A stretch of 26,530 nt of DNA, from NCBI GenBank assembly GCA_938084645.1, contig CALKEP010000061.1, positions 1 to 26,530 on the forward strand, written 5' to 3'. Position 1 is the first letter of the stretch; each line of letters begins with the position of its first letter. Below, one piece after another: positions 10,866 through 19,867 of the stretch. This stretch comes from an uncultured Phycisphaerales bacterium. Its GTDB lineage: Bacteria; Planctomycetota; Phycisphaerae; Phycisphaerales; SM1A02. A program made the position numbers and the translations under genes. The notes beneath the pieces were generated by a model. That model saw only the letters and a list, made by a program, of their open reading frames with translations. It did no database searches and was not told where the DNA came from.

Positions 10866-13136
10866 TCAGGGGCATGGCCCCCAGGCGGCGAGAATCAGCC
10901 CCAGATCGGCTCCGTCGACCGTGCCGTCCCCGTTGAGGTCGGCCTCCGGGTCGGATGTGCCCCAGGCGGCCAGCAGCAGACCGAGATCGCCACCGTCGAC
11001 CTGGCCGCCACCGTCGAGGTCGCCCGGGCAGTCGGTCTCCGAGCAGGATCGCGCGGTCAGGCTGAAGTCATCGATCGCCGCTTCGACGATGGATCCGTCG
11101 CCGAGATCCGACGCGACGAAGCGAATCTGGGTCGTGGTCGATCCGGACAGGTCGATCTCGATTTCAAGAAGTCTCCACGCCGCGGCGTTGTCCGAGATCG
11201 TCACGATCGTCGTCCAGGTCGCGCCTCCGTCGGTGGAGATGTCGACGGGCATCGAGTCCTGATTGGGACTTGCGCCGGCATCGTTGCGGTACCAGTAGGC
11301 GAAGGCGACGGTTCCGATGTCGATGCCGGTGGTGTCGATCACCGGCGAGACCAGGGAGGTGGATCCACCGTCGACGTCGTTTTCGCCGAGGCTGCCTCCC
11401 GGCGAGCCCTGCCCGGTCACGAAGCAGACCGTGCCCGGATCGCTCGCATCGTTCTCCGGCTGCGCCGCGGTGCCGTTGGGGTCCACCCGGACCCAGACAC
11501 CGGTGGTGGCGTCGTCGCCGGGAAGGCCCAGCGTCCACCCGAGATCAAGCTCGGCATCGTCGGTGAAGAAGACCTCCTCGTCGACCACGTCGATCAGCCA
11601 GGGACCGGATTGCGACTGGAGGATGATCGTGTTTCCATTCGTGGTCTCGATCACGAAGTCGACTTCGATCACGGCGCCGCAGTCCGCGGCGGGAAGCATG
11701 GCGAGATAGCGATCGGGGGCCGTCGAGGACATCGCTTCGATGGTGAGCGGCCCGCCATCGACGCGTGTTCGCACCGCGGCGGACATCGGGTCCAGCTCCG
11801 CGAAGACGGAGCTGATCGACACCACGAGTTCGGTGGGCGTGTCGACCGGAACCACGGCGGGGAGACCTTCCGGGAAGTCGATCAGGGCGTTGTTGCCGAG
11901 GACCTCTTCGCCGACGTAGAGGAACGACTCGAGGATCTCCTCGCCGCTCGGGATGATCTGGTCGGGGGGGAGGATGAACCCGAACTCGCCGGTGTCCCGG
12001 AGCTCGTAGGTGAACGCGTAGACCCCGGCATCGTCCCACGCCCAGTCGAGGCTGGTTCCGCTCGCCAGGTAGAGGTCGTGCGCGGGTTGTGGCGCGAAGA
12101 TCCTGCCGTTCACCGACTCGATCGCCCCGGCGATGCCCTCGCCGAGATCGCGGTGGATGGCGCCCGCCGGGCCATCGGGTTCGGTGGAGTCGTATCCGTA
12201 CGGCCAGAGCACGAGCTGGGAGTAGCAGTGGACGTCGAAGAAGACCGCGGTGTTGGGGTTGGCCGCCACGTCGTCCCGAATCGCCTGCGTCTCCGGCTCG
12301 CTGAACGGCGCGGTACCGCGATAGGTGTCGCTCCCGGTGTTTCCGCTCGATCCGGGACCGCCCCAGCCCGCGGCGAAGTTTCGATTCCAGTCGACGCCGA
12401 AGGAACCGTCTCCATTCACCTTCCGGGTCTTCCGCCAGAGGCGGTTCTCGTCCCAGGTGAACTGGTACCCATCGGGATTCGCGAGTGGCACGATGTGCCA
12501 TGCCAGATCATCCACCAGAGGCGTGACCCGGTCGTCGGCACCATGCCCGTTCACCAGCGTGTCCGCGAGGTAGGAGATCGTCGCAGGACTGATCCACTCC
12601 CGGGCGTGAGCTCCGGCGACGATGTAGATGGCGGGAACGGTCGTCGGGTCCTCGGCGCCGGAAATGGTGTAGGCCCGGATCTCCCGGCCTTCGATGGACT
12701 CGCCGATGCTTCGCGACGTCACGAGGTCGGGACGACTCGCCTCGAGCGTTTCGTAGAACGCGAAGAGTTCGTCCTGCTGGTGGTACTCCTCGAAGAATCC
12801 CACGCCCGCGATGCCGTCCGCGTCGATGCGACTTCGTTCCTCGTCGATCAACCGCTGGACGTCGGGGATCATCACCTCGTACTCGATGCCGGTTCGATCA
12901 AGCGCTCCGATCCGGTCCGTCGGAAGCATCACGTCCATCGATCCCAGTCCGATCGACTCCGACCAGATGTCGCCCCCGAGCGCGAGCAGGGTGCGCAGTT
13001 CCCGGAGCGTGTCGATCTCGGCCCGCACCACCTGGTGAGCGTCGAATCGGACGAGTTCCTGCCCGCTGGCGATGGGGGGCGTGAGTCCGAGGGCGGACGT
13101 GGCGAGGGCGAGCGTGATGGACCGGGCGATGTGCAT
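10866..13136 (-). CDS. Secreted M14 zinc carboxypeptidase with accessory beta-domains and C-terminal dockerin-like domain
   Basis: Signal peptide; HAREW (Zn ligands H and E), NPDGY, RLWRK, GVDWNRN, FSEPET, DVHCY, YELR; double dockerin-like repeat ending WGPCP. Start set at ATG 13136 after GGAG. Confidence 0.92.
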   Translation of the reverse strand: MHIARSITLALATSALGLTPPIASGQELVRFDAHQVVRAEIDTLRELRTLLALGGDIWSESIGLGSMDVMLPTDRIGALDRTGIEYEVMIPDVQRLIDEERSRIDADGIAGVGFFEEYHQQDELFAFYETLEASRPDLVTSRSIGESIEGREIRAYTISGAEDPTTVPAIYIVAGAHAREWISPATISYLADTLVNGHGADDRVTPLVDDLAWHIVPLANPDGYQFTWDENRLWRKTRKVNGDGSFGVDWNRNFAAGWGGPGSSGNTGSDTYRGTAPFSEPETQAIRDDVAANPNTAVFFDVHCYSQLVLWPYGYDSTEPDGPAGAIHRDLGEGIAGAIESVNGRIFAPQPAHDLYLASGTSLDWAWDDAGVYAFTYELRDTGEFGFILPPDQIIPSGEEILESFLYVGEEVLGNNALIDFPEGLPAVVPVDTPTELVVSISSVFAELDPMSAAVRTRVDGGPLTIEAMSSTAPDRYLAMLPAADCGAVIEVDFVIETTNGNTIILQSQSGPWLIDVVDEEVFFTDDAELDLGWTLGLPGDDATTGVWVRVDPNGTAAQPENDASDPGTVCFVTGQGSPGGSLGENDVDGGSTSLVSPVIDTTGIDIGTVAFAYWYRNDAGASPNQDSMPVDISTDGGATWTTIVTISDNAAAWRLLEIEIDLSGSTTTQIRFVASDLGDGSIVEAAIDDFSLTARSCSETDCPGDLDGGGQVDGGDLGLLLAAWGTSDPEADLNGDGTVDGADLGLILAAWGPCP

Positions 13137-13253
13137 GGAGGACTCCGTGGTGACTTGACCCAATCTAGACCCGCGGCTCGACGATCGGTTCGGGAATCTC
13201 GTGTATCCGGCGGATTCCGAAGGGGGCGAGGGGCCGGAATTCCGAGCGGCGGT

Positions 13254-13307
13254 GACTCGAGGACGGCCCGGCGGGAGCGGATGCTCCGGCCGGGCCGTCG
13301 TCGAATC
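13254..13307. other. Long imperfect GC-rich hairpin downstream of the prepilin-like gene (terminator or mRNA stabiliser)
   Basis: gacggcccggc-g-ggagc / ggat / gctcc-g-gccgggccgtc, extended by tcga arms; no clear U tract. Confidence 0.55.
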
Positions 13308-13328
13308 GAGCCGAATGAGGGGGTGGGT

Positions 13329-14195
13329 TCAAAGGTCCGGGCGAAGCCAGGTCTTGAATCGCTCGAAGTCGATCTCCGACTCGGCGTTCACCGGGATCTC
13401 GTGCGCCGTCACGACCTCGTTGAGCTTGGGGTTCGCGAGGGTGATGATGCGGCTGGAGCCGTCGACGAACGACATCGCGAGGCGGTCCTGCGGATCCCAG
13501 AACGCCGGGAAATCCTTCCACCAGCCCACGGGATGAAGCGTGTCGATCACCCATCCGCCCCGGTTGTAGTTGTCCTGCCAGCCGGTGTCGTGTTCGGCGA
13601 TCGTGTACATCGTGTTCGCGGGATTGCGGACCTTGCTGATCCGGTCGACGGTCTTCCCCCACGCTTCATTCGGGTTGTCCGGGATGTCGCTGATGAAGCC
13701 GTTGAGCGAGTAGCTGCGGATCCTGCCGGTGGGGTCCAGCGGAGACTGGTACGCCCGCGCGTCCTGCACGTAGTCGAAGAGCGCCCCGTCCTTCAGGGCC
13801 TGCTCCGTCTCCTCCAGCGACCCGTCACCGTTGAGATCCCGGAGTCTCGGCGCGCTGGCGCCGGTGTTGTAGCTCTTGACCCAGAAGAGATCTCGGTTGG
13901 GGTTCGCGATACCGGGAGGGAATTCCTGACTCGCGGGGCTCATGAACTTGCCGTTGTTGTCCTGACTCCAGCTCACGAGACCGAGCTGGAGCTGGTGCTG
14001 GTTGCTCATGCATTCGGTCAGACGAGCGCTGTCGCGGAACGAACCCACGGCGACCAGAAGGAACCCGATGATCAGGGCGATGATCCCGATCACGGCAAGG
14101 AGTTCGACCAGGGTGAACCCGCGTCGAAAACGAGGCCGGGCTTGAATGGGGTCGTTGATGTCGTGCAAACCGTTCATCCTCGAAGAATGTTTCAT
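13329..14195 (-). CDS. Prepilin-type N-terminal cleavage/methylation protein (DUF1559-like)
   Basis: RRG^FTLVELLAVIGIIALI; FRDSARLTECMSNQHQLQLG (family pattern); SYSLNG; C-terminal SFVDG. Start may be 14195 or 14177. Confidence 0.85.
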   Translation of the reverse strand: MKHSSRMNGLHDINDPIQARPRFRRGFTLVELLAVIGIIALIIGFLLVAVGSFRDSARLTECMSNQHQLQLGLVSWSQDNNGKFMSPASQEFPPGIANPNRDLFWVKSYNTGASAPRLRDLNGDGSLEETEQALKDGALFDYVQDARAYQSPLDPTGRIRSYSLNGFISDIPDNPNEAWGKTVDRISKVRNPANTMYTIAEHDTGWQDNYNRGGWVIDTLHPVGWWKDFPAFWDPQDRLAMSFVDGSSRIITLANPKLNEVVTAHEIPVNAESEIDFERFKTWLRPDL

Positions 14196-14395
14196 GAGTC
14201 AACGATGGCCATCAATGGGGTCGAATCGCCCGCCCGGTGCGTGACATGGGCAGCCTGATTCCGTACGAACCTCAACCACCCACATCTGAATTCTAGTCGA
14301 CAAATCAGGGCTTTGGTCGATGAATCCGGCTGGATATCTGATTATCAGACGCTCATTGCCCGTTCTTGCGTCCTGAAACGGGGATTCGGGGTTGG

Positions 14396-15097
14396 TCAGA
14401 CCGGGCCCAGAATATCCTCGGTCGTCTCGGAAAGGCGACTCCATGAGTCGAGCAGGTGGGTTTCGCCGCATCGGGTACTCGCGATCGCCAGATCGCGAAG
14501 CCATCGCCGGAGCCAGGTCGCTGGTGAGGCCGGCTTGAGGATGTCCCGGGGGTCGATCGTCTCGTCGAACGCATGGATCAGATCCTGGAACTCGGTGCCG
14601 TCGACGATTCTGCCACGCTCGTGGGGGTCGATCACGGTGATGCGGCGGTGCGTCGCGTCACGAACCGCGACCAGGAAGCGTCCCGGCACGTCCACACCGA
14701 AGACGTCGAGTCCGACTCGTTCCGCAGCGGCGCAATAGGCGAGGGCGCAGGGGACGGGCAGTGCGGGCGTGCCGTCGAGGATCAGGCCGAAGTCCATCGC
14801 ATCGGGGTGGACCGCGACGTCTTCATGGCACCCGATTCCGAGATCGTCCACGATCGCCTCGTGCAGATGTGCCATCAGTCCTTCGGTTCCCCGGCTGCCC
14901 ACCGCGTTCGCGCGCCCGGCAAGATGCGGAACCCGGCATCGAACCCGATGCGCGATCGCCTCGAGCCTGGTGTGGGCGGCATCGGGGTCGATCGAAGGGC
15001 GACGGTGTGCGGCGAGTGCGACGACCGCATCCACGAGATCCCGATACCGATCGAGTTCGGTCAGGGACTCGCAGTACTTGGAGGTCCAGTTGGTCAT
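14396..15097 (-). CDS. Divergent SirB1 / transglutaminase-like (Transglut_core2) protein
   Basis: ALPVPCALAYCAAAERVGLDVFGVDVPGRFLV, IDPHERG and WLRRWLRDL resemble the SirB1 GIPISL..A.RLG...GV.FPGHFL, IDPF.GG and L.RMLRNL motifs. Start (MTNWTS) uncertain. Confidence 0.6.
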   Translation of the reverse strand: MTNWTSKYCESLTELDRYRDLVDAVVALAAHRRPSIDPDAAHTRLEAIAHRVRCRVPHLAGRANAVGSRGTEGLMAHLHEAIVDDLGIGCHEDVAVHPDAMDFGLILDGTPALPVPCALAYCAAAERVGLDVFGVDVPGRFLVAVRDATHRRITVIDPHERGRIVDGTEFQDLIHAFDETIDPRDILKPASPATWLRRWLRDLAIASTRCGETHLLDSWSRLSETTEDILGPV

Positions 15098-15258
15098 CCG
15101 GGACGTGTTCCGAGGGAAGGGCGGTACGGGTAGGAACAATCGGTCGATTCGCGCGGAATCCAGTAGGAATCGCCGATGGTGCCTGCGAAGGCCCGTTTTC
15201 GGTCCGGTAGAGGTGTTTCGGCCCGTCGCGGACACCCTCGGATCCACCATTCCGCTCC

Positions 15259-17187
15259 ATGCACCAACCCTCATCGACGCCATCCCGGCCCGGTTTCGAC
15301 CCGCACATCGTCATCGTGGTGGTGAGCGGCCTGTTGATACTCGCTGGATTCATCGCGCGACGGACGGGTGGAGACGCGACGCCGGACATCCTCTACGTGC
15401 TTGCGATGCTGGTGGCGGCGTCCGACGTGCTGCTCGGCACGGTCAAGAGACTGATGCGCGGCGTGCTCGACGTCGATCTCCTGATGCTGCTCGCGGCGGG
15501 CGGTGCGACCGCCATGGGCGAAGTCGGTGAAGCGGCGGTGCTGCTCTTCCTCTTCGCCCTCGGTCACGCCCTCGAACACCTTGCGATGCGTCGGGCGACC
15601 CGGGCGATCGAAGCGCTCGGTCACTTCTCGCCCTCGACGGCCCGGCGCATCGACCGCGACGGCGGTGAGCGCGAGATCCCGGTGGCGGAACTCTCGCCCG
15701 GTGACCTGGTGCGGGTGCGATCGACCGAACGCATCCCGATCGATGGTCGCATCGTTCGAGGCGAGAGCGCGATCGATCAGAGTCCGATCACCGGCGAGAG
15801 CGTTCCCGTCCGGGTCGTTCAGGACTCGGAGGTCTTCGCCGGGACGCTCAACCTCGACGCGGTGGTCGACCTCGAAGCGACCAGCGCGGCGGGTGAGACG
15901 TTGATGGCCCGCATGGTCCGAATGGTCGAGGAGGCCCGGCGAGAGAAGGCGCCGACGGAGCGGACCGCGGAGCGCTTCACGCGGATCTACGTTCCGCTCG
16001 TGCTGCTGTCGGTGGGATTGATGATCGTGCTGCCGCCGGTGTTCGGCCTGCTGGGATTCTCGGAAGCGGTCGGCCGGGCCATGACGGTGCTCGTCGGCGC
16101 ATCCCCGTGCGCACTCGCGATCTCGACGCCGGCGGCGGTGCTTTCCGGAATCGCGCGGTCGGCTCGAGGTGGGGTCCTCGTGAAGGGCGGCGGGGCGCTC
16201 GAAATGCTCGGAACCGTTCGTGCGATCGCGTTCGACAAGACGGGCACGCTCACCGAAGGTCGCCCCAGCGTCCGCTCGGTCCGGGTCGAATCACCTTTCG
16301 ACGAGTCGGAGGTGCTGGCCTTCGCGGCGTCGATCGAACGCGAGAGCACCCATCCTCTCGCTCAGGCGGTCGTCCGGGCGGCCGACTCGGAACGAATTCC
16401 GGTCGCCGATTCGGCGGAGGTCGTACCGGGGCTCGGCATGCGCGGCGAGGTGGCGGGACGTGACGTCCTCGTCGGTGGTCGCGGGCTGTTCGAGCAGGCC
16501 TCGATCGCCATCGCGGAGGAGATCGCCGCGGCGGCGGATGCCGCGGGTGAGGCGGGACGCACGGTCGCCTACGTCGCGTTGGACGGCCGGATCGCGGGAC
16601 TCATCGAATTCGCCGATACCCAGCGAGCCGAGGCGTCCGCCGTCGTGCGGCGGCTGCGAGGGCTCGGGGTGGATCGAATCGTGATGCTGAGCGGGGATCG
16701 GGCCGGTCCGGCCCGATCGGTCGCGCAGGGGATCGGCATCGAAGACGTGCGAGCCGAGCTCCTTCCTCGAGACAAGATCGAGATGGTCGCGGAACTTCGC
16801 CGCAGTCACGGTGGGGTCGCCATGGTGGGTGACGGCGTCAACGACGCCCCGGCCCTCGCGGAAGCGACGGTCGGTGTCGCGATGGGCGGTTGCGGAACCG
16901 ACGTCGCCCTGGAGGCGTCCGACGTCGCCTTGATGGCCGACGATCTCTCCCGACTGCCGTTCGCACTCCGCATCGCGAGACGCACCCGTCGGATCATCCT
17001 TCAGAACGTGTTCGTGTCGATGGGCATGGTCGTTCTCCTGATCGTGCTCGGCGTGCTCGGTATCACGAATCTGGCGACCGCCGTCGTGCTTCACGAAGGG
17101 AGTACCGTGGTCGTGGTCCTCAACGCGTTGAGACTGCTCGGAGTGGCGGACGAACCCGTCGGTATCGGTGGAGGAAAGGAATCGTGA
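15259..17187 (+). CDS. Heavy-metal-translocating P-type ATPase, P1B-4 subtype
   Basis: TGES, SPC in the metal-binding helix (16102-16110), DKTGTLT, HP, GDGVNDAPAL, HEGST (from 17092); no N-terminal metal-binding domain. Confidence 0.93.
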   Translation: MHQPSSTPSRPGFDPHIVIVVVSGLLILAGFIARRTGGDATPDILYVLAMLVAASDVLLGTVKRLMRGVLDVDLLMLLAAGGATAMGEVGEAAVLLFLFALGHALEHLAMRRATRAIEALGHFSPSTARRIDRDGGEREIPVAELSPGDLVRVRSTERIPIDGRIVRGESAIDQSPITGESVPVRVVQDSEVFAGTLNLDAVVDLEATSAAGETLMARMVRMVEEARREKAPTERTAERFTRIYVPLVLLSVGLMIVLPPVFGLLGFSEAVGRAMTVLVGASPCALAISTPAAVLSGIARSARGGVLVKGGGALEMLGTVRAIAFDKTGTLTEGRPSVRSVRVESPFDESEVLAFAASIERESTHPLAQAVVRAADSERIPVADSAEVVPGLGMRGEVAGRDVLVGGRGLFEQASIAIAEEIAAAADAAGEAGRTVAYVALDGRIAGLIEFADTQRAEASAVVRRLRGLGVDRIVMLSGDRAGPARSVAQGIGIEDVRAELLPRDKIEMVAELRRSHGGVAMVGDGVNDAPALAEATVGVAMGGCGTDVALEASDVALMADDLSRLPFALRIARRTRRIILQNVFVSMGMVVLLIVLGVLGITNLATAVVLHEGSTVVVVLNALRLLGVADEPVGIGGGKES

Positions 17188-17933
17188 GTGGCGTCGAGAT
17201 CGAACTCCGTGGGTTGGCGAAGACCTTCGACCGGTCGGTGGAGGCGGTGGCGCCGATGGACGTCGACCTGCGACCGGGTGGCGTCACCGCGCTCCTCGGC
17301 CCGACGGGATGCGGGAAGAGCACGATCCTGAGGATGATCGGCGGGGTGGAGACGCCGACCGAAGGCTCGATCGTCGTGCATCCGAAGCCGCGGATCGGAT
17401 TCTGTTTCCAGGAGCCCAGGCTGCTGCCGTGGCGGAACGTCCTTCGCAACGTGGGTCTTCCGCTCGAACTCGCCGGTCGACCGCGCGACGTCTGCCGCCG
17501 GGAGGCGCAGCGTCGTCTCGAGATGGTCGGGCTTGGTGACGCGGCGGAGCTTCTTCCCGCGGCCTTGTCGGGCGGGATGCGGATGCGGGCGGCGGTCGCG
17601 AGATCGCTCATCGCCGATCCCGACCTCCTGCTGCTCGACGAGCCCTTCGGGGCGCTCGACGAGGTGACCCGATTCCGGCTGGACGAGGAGGTCGCGAGCC
17701 TCGTTCGCGAGCAGGCCATCACGGTGGTGCTGGTGACGCATTCGATCTCCGAAGCGGTGTTCCTGGCGGACGAGGTGGTGGTGCTCTCTCCGCGACCTGC
17801 CCGGATCATCAAGCGATACGACATCCCTTTCGGTGATCGGGTCGCGTCGCTCCGCGGCACCGAGGCCTTCGCCCGGCTGCAGGCGGACATCTACGACTGC
17901 CTGCGCGGTGGCATGGCGGAGGGTGAATCATGA
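17184..17933 (+). CDS. NitT/TauT-family ABC transporter ATP-binding protein
   Basis: GPTGCGKS, FQEPRLLPW, LSGGMRMR, LLLLDEPFGALD, VTH. GTG 17184 overlaps the ATPase stop (GTGA). Confidence 0.92.
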   Translation: MSGVEIELRGLAKTFDRSVEAVAPMDVDLRPGGVTALLGPTGCGKSTILRMIGGVETPTEGSIVVHPKPRIGFCFQEPRLLPWRNVLRNVGLPLELAGRPRDVCRREAQRRLEMVGLGDAAELLPAALSGGMRMRAAVARSLIADPDLLLLDEPFGALDEVTRFRLDEEVASLVREQAITVVLVTHSISEAVFLADEVVVLSPRPARIIKRYDIPFGDRVASLRGTEAFARLQADIYDCLRGGMAEGES

Positions 17934-18712
17934 GTCGCCGAGCCAGTGTGTTCGCCGCAGTCTGGCCGCCCCTGCTGGTGGTCGTGATGCTTCTCGTGCT
18001 CTGGGAGATCGTGGTGGTGCTCTTCTCGATTCCCGAGTACCTCCTGCCGACGCCGATCGCGGTGGGGCGGACGATGATCGATCAATGGCCACGACTGATC
18101 GCCGCGACCGGTCGCACCGCGACCGCAACGCTTGCCGGATTCGGCGCGAGCGCCGTGCTCGGCGTGGTGGCGGGGAGTCTTCTCTCGCTGGTGCCACTCG
18201 CCCGTCGCGGCATCTATCCGCTGACCCTCCTGCTGCAGATGGTGCCGTTGGTGGCGATCGCGCCCATGCTGGTGATCTGGTTCGGCATCGGGCTTCCGAG
18301 CGTCATCGTGGCGGCCTGCATCGTGTCGATCTTCCCGGTGATCGCCGGAACCCTTGACGGACTGCAGTCGGTGGACGCCGGGCTCGCGGAGATGTTCCGG
18401 ATCCAGCGGGTGGGCAGGATCAGGACCTGGTGGAAGCTCGGGCTTCCCTGGTCGATTCCGAGCGTCATCACCGGACTCCGGATCGCGGCGGGGCTCGCGG
18501 TGATCGGTGCGATCGTCGGTGAGTTCGTCGGTGCCTACGGTGGTGACCGCGCTCCCCTCGGTGCGATCATCACCAGTGCGCTGAAGCAGAACCAGACCTC
18601 GACGGTCTTCGCCGCGATCGGAATGGCGTCGGCCCTCGGCTTCCTGCTGTTCGGGCTGGTGAATCTCGGTGGATGGATCCTCCTGCGTCGCTGGCATGCC
18701 TCCGCGCAGTGA
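17930..18712 (+). CDS. NitT/TauT-family ABC transporter permease
   Basis: LLPTP, PLVAIAPMLVIWFG, EAA-loop region, GAIVGEF; multiple TM helices; ATGA overlap. Confidence 0.92.
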   Translation: MSRRASVFAAVWPPLLVVVMLLVLWEIVVVLFSIPEYLLPTPIAVGRTMIDQWPRLIAATGRTATATLAGFGASAVLGVVAGSLLSLVPLARRGIYPLTLLLQMVPLVAIAPMLVIWFGIGLPSVIVAACIVSIFPVIAGTLDGLQSVDAGLAEMFRIQRVGRIRTWWKLGLPWSIPSVITGLRIAAGLAVIGAIVGEFVGAYGGDRAPLGAIITSALKQNQTSTVFAAIGMASALGFLLFGLVNLGGWILLRRWHASAQ

Positions 18713-18765
18713 TCCGCCCGGTCGGCGATACTCCCTCAACCAGATTCCCTTCCGGAGCAGCACCC

Positions 18766-19791
18766 ATGAACCTCAATCCCCCGAATCGAAGACGCTTCGC
18801 GACGGGTCTTCCCTGGCTCGCCTTGCTGGCGACGATGCTCGTCGGGTGCGGCGGATCCGGATCGCCGACCGATTCCGACGGTGCGCGACGCGTCACCGTC
18901 CAGCTGAACTGGTTCCCGGAACCGGAGTTCGGTGGTTTCTACGCCGCGAAGGAACGCGGGATCTTCGAGCAGGCGGGTTTTGACGTGGAGCTGATCAAGG
19001 GCGGCGCGGACGTGCCGGCGCCCCAGCTGGTGGCCAGTGGGAACGTCGACTTCGCGGTGGTGTCGGCGCCGCAGCTCGTCACCATTCGAGCGCGTGGCGG
19101 ACGTGCGACGGGGGTGTTCGCGAGCTTCCAGATCTCGCCGCGATCGCTCCTGGTGAAGCGTGAATCCCCGTACCAGTCATTGCAGGAGCTCTGGGAGAGC
19201 GACGCCACGATCATGGCCCAGGACGGTCTGGTGTTCATTCGGTGGTTGAACAGCATCTACGACGGCTCGAAACTCTCGTTCATTCCCTACGCCGGTTCGA
19301 CGGCCCTCTTCGTCGACGGCAAGGCCGAGAGCATGCAGTGCTTCGCGACCGCGGAGCCGGTCCAGCTCGAGGTCGACGGCCTGATGACCAGGGTGTTCGT
19401 GGTCGGCGAGACCGGATACAACCCGTATGACGGCGTCCTCGCGGTCAACGACGGGTTGCTGGAGGCGGAACCCGAGATGGTCGCTCGTTTCGTCGAAGCG
19501 GTCCGGCAGGGGTGGGCTTCCTACCTCACCGATCCCGATCCGATCAACGATGTGATCTCGAAGCTCAACCCGGATCTGAAGTCGAACGTCCTCCGGCTCG
19601 CTGCAGCGAAGCTCCCCGCCTTCGTCCGGTCCGCGGACACCGCGGCGCACGGTCTCGGCTGGATGACCGCGGATCGCTGGGGAGATCTCGTGAAGCAGCT
19701 CGAGACCCTCGGTGAGATCACGGCGGACGACGCCGCGAAACTCGGGCGGATCCACGTGAACCCGGTGATCGACCCGGCACCCGTGAATTGA
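18766..19791 (+). CDS. ABC substrate-binding lipoprotein, NMT1/THI5-like family
   Basis: Lipobox LVG^C; VTVQLNWFPEPEFGGFYAAKERG; GYNPY. Start set at ATG 18766 after GGAG. Confidence 0.88.
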   Translation: MNLNPPNRRRFATGLPWLALLATMLVGCGGSGSPTDSDGARRVTVQLNWFPEPEFGGFYAAKERGIFEQAGFDVELIKGGADVPAPQLVASGNVDFAVVSAPQLVTIRARGGRATGVFASFQISPRSLLVKRESPYQSLQELWESDATIMAQDGLVFIRWLNSIYDGSKLSFIPYAGSTALFVDGKAESMQCFATAEPVQLEVDGLMTRVFVVGETGYNPYDGVLAVNDGLLEAEPEMVARFVEAVRQGWASYLTDPDPINDVISKLNPDLKSNVLRLAAAKLPAFVRSADTAAHGLGWMTADRWGDLVKQLETLGEITADDAAKLGRIHVNPVIDPAPVN

Positions 19792-19855
19792 AGCCGGCCC
19801 CACCCTGATGGGTGGAGGAATCTTCCGGGAGCCGCGGCGTGGTGGCGATCGCTCG

Positions 19856-19861
19856 TACGAT
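19856..19861 (+). promoter_or_regulatory. -10 element TACGAT 6 nt before GTG 19868 (dinB); probable leaderless promoter
   Basis: TACGAT-cccgtg-GTG CCA GCC GAA... Confidence 0.4.
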
Positions 19862-19867
19862 CCCGTG

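Noticed and set aside
10044..14258. 1404-aa plus-strand ORF
   Set aside because: Antisense shadow of the PSCyt, M14 and prepilin genes. It is rich in Arg/Gly/Val/His with no motifs, as expected opposite high-GC codons where stops are rare.
16890..17183. Long N-terminal extension of the ABC ATPase in the ORF track
   Set aside because: Overlaps the P-type ATPase in another frame and is Arg-rich noise; GTG 17184 gives a normal-length protein.
18713..18765. TPP or other riboswitch before the NMT1/THI5-like SBP
   Set aside because: Only 53 nt and no TGAGA or other aptamer core, so a thiamine assignment (thiXYZ) is unsupported.
19792..19867. SOS/LexA box upstream of dinB
   Set aside because: No recognisable LexA-type palindrome; only a short ccaccc-tgat-gggtgg hairpin. 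The planctomycete box is not something I can call confidently.
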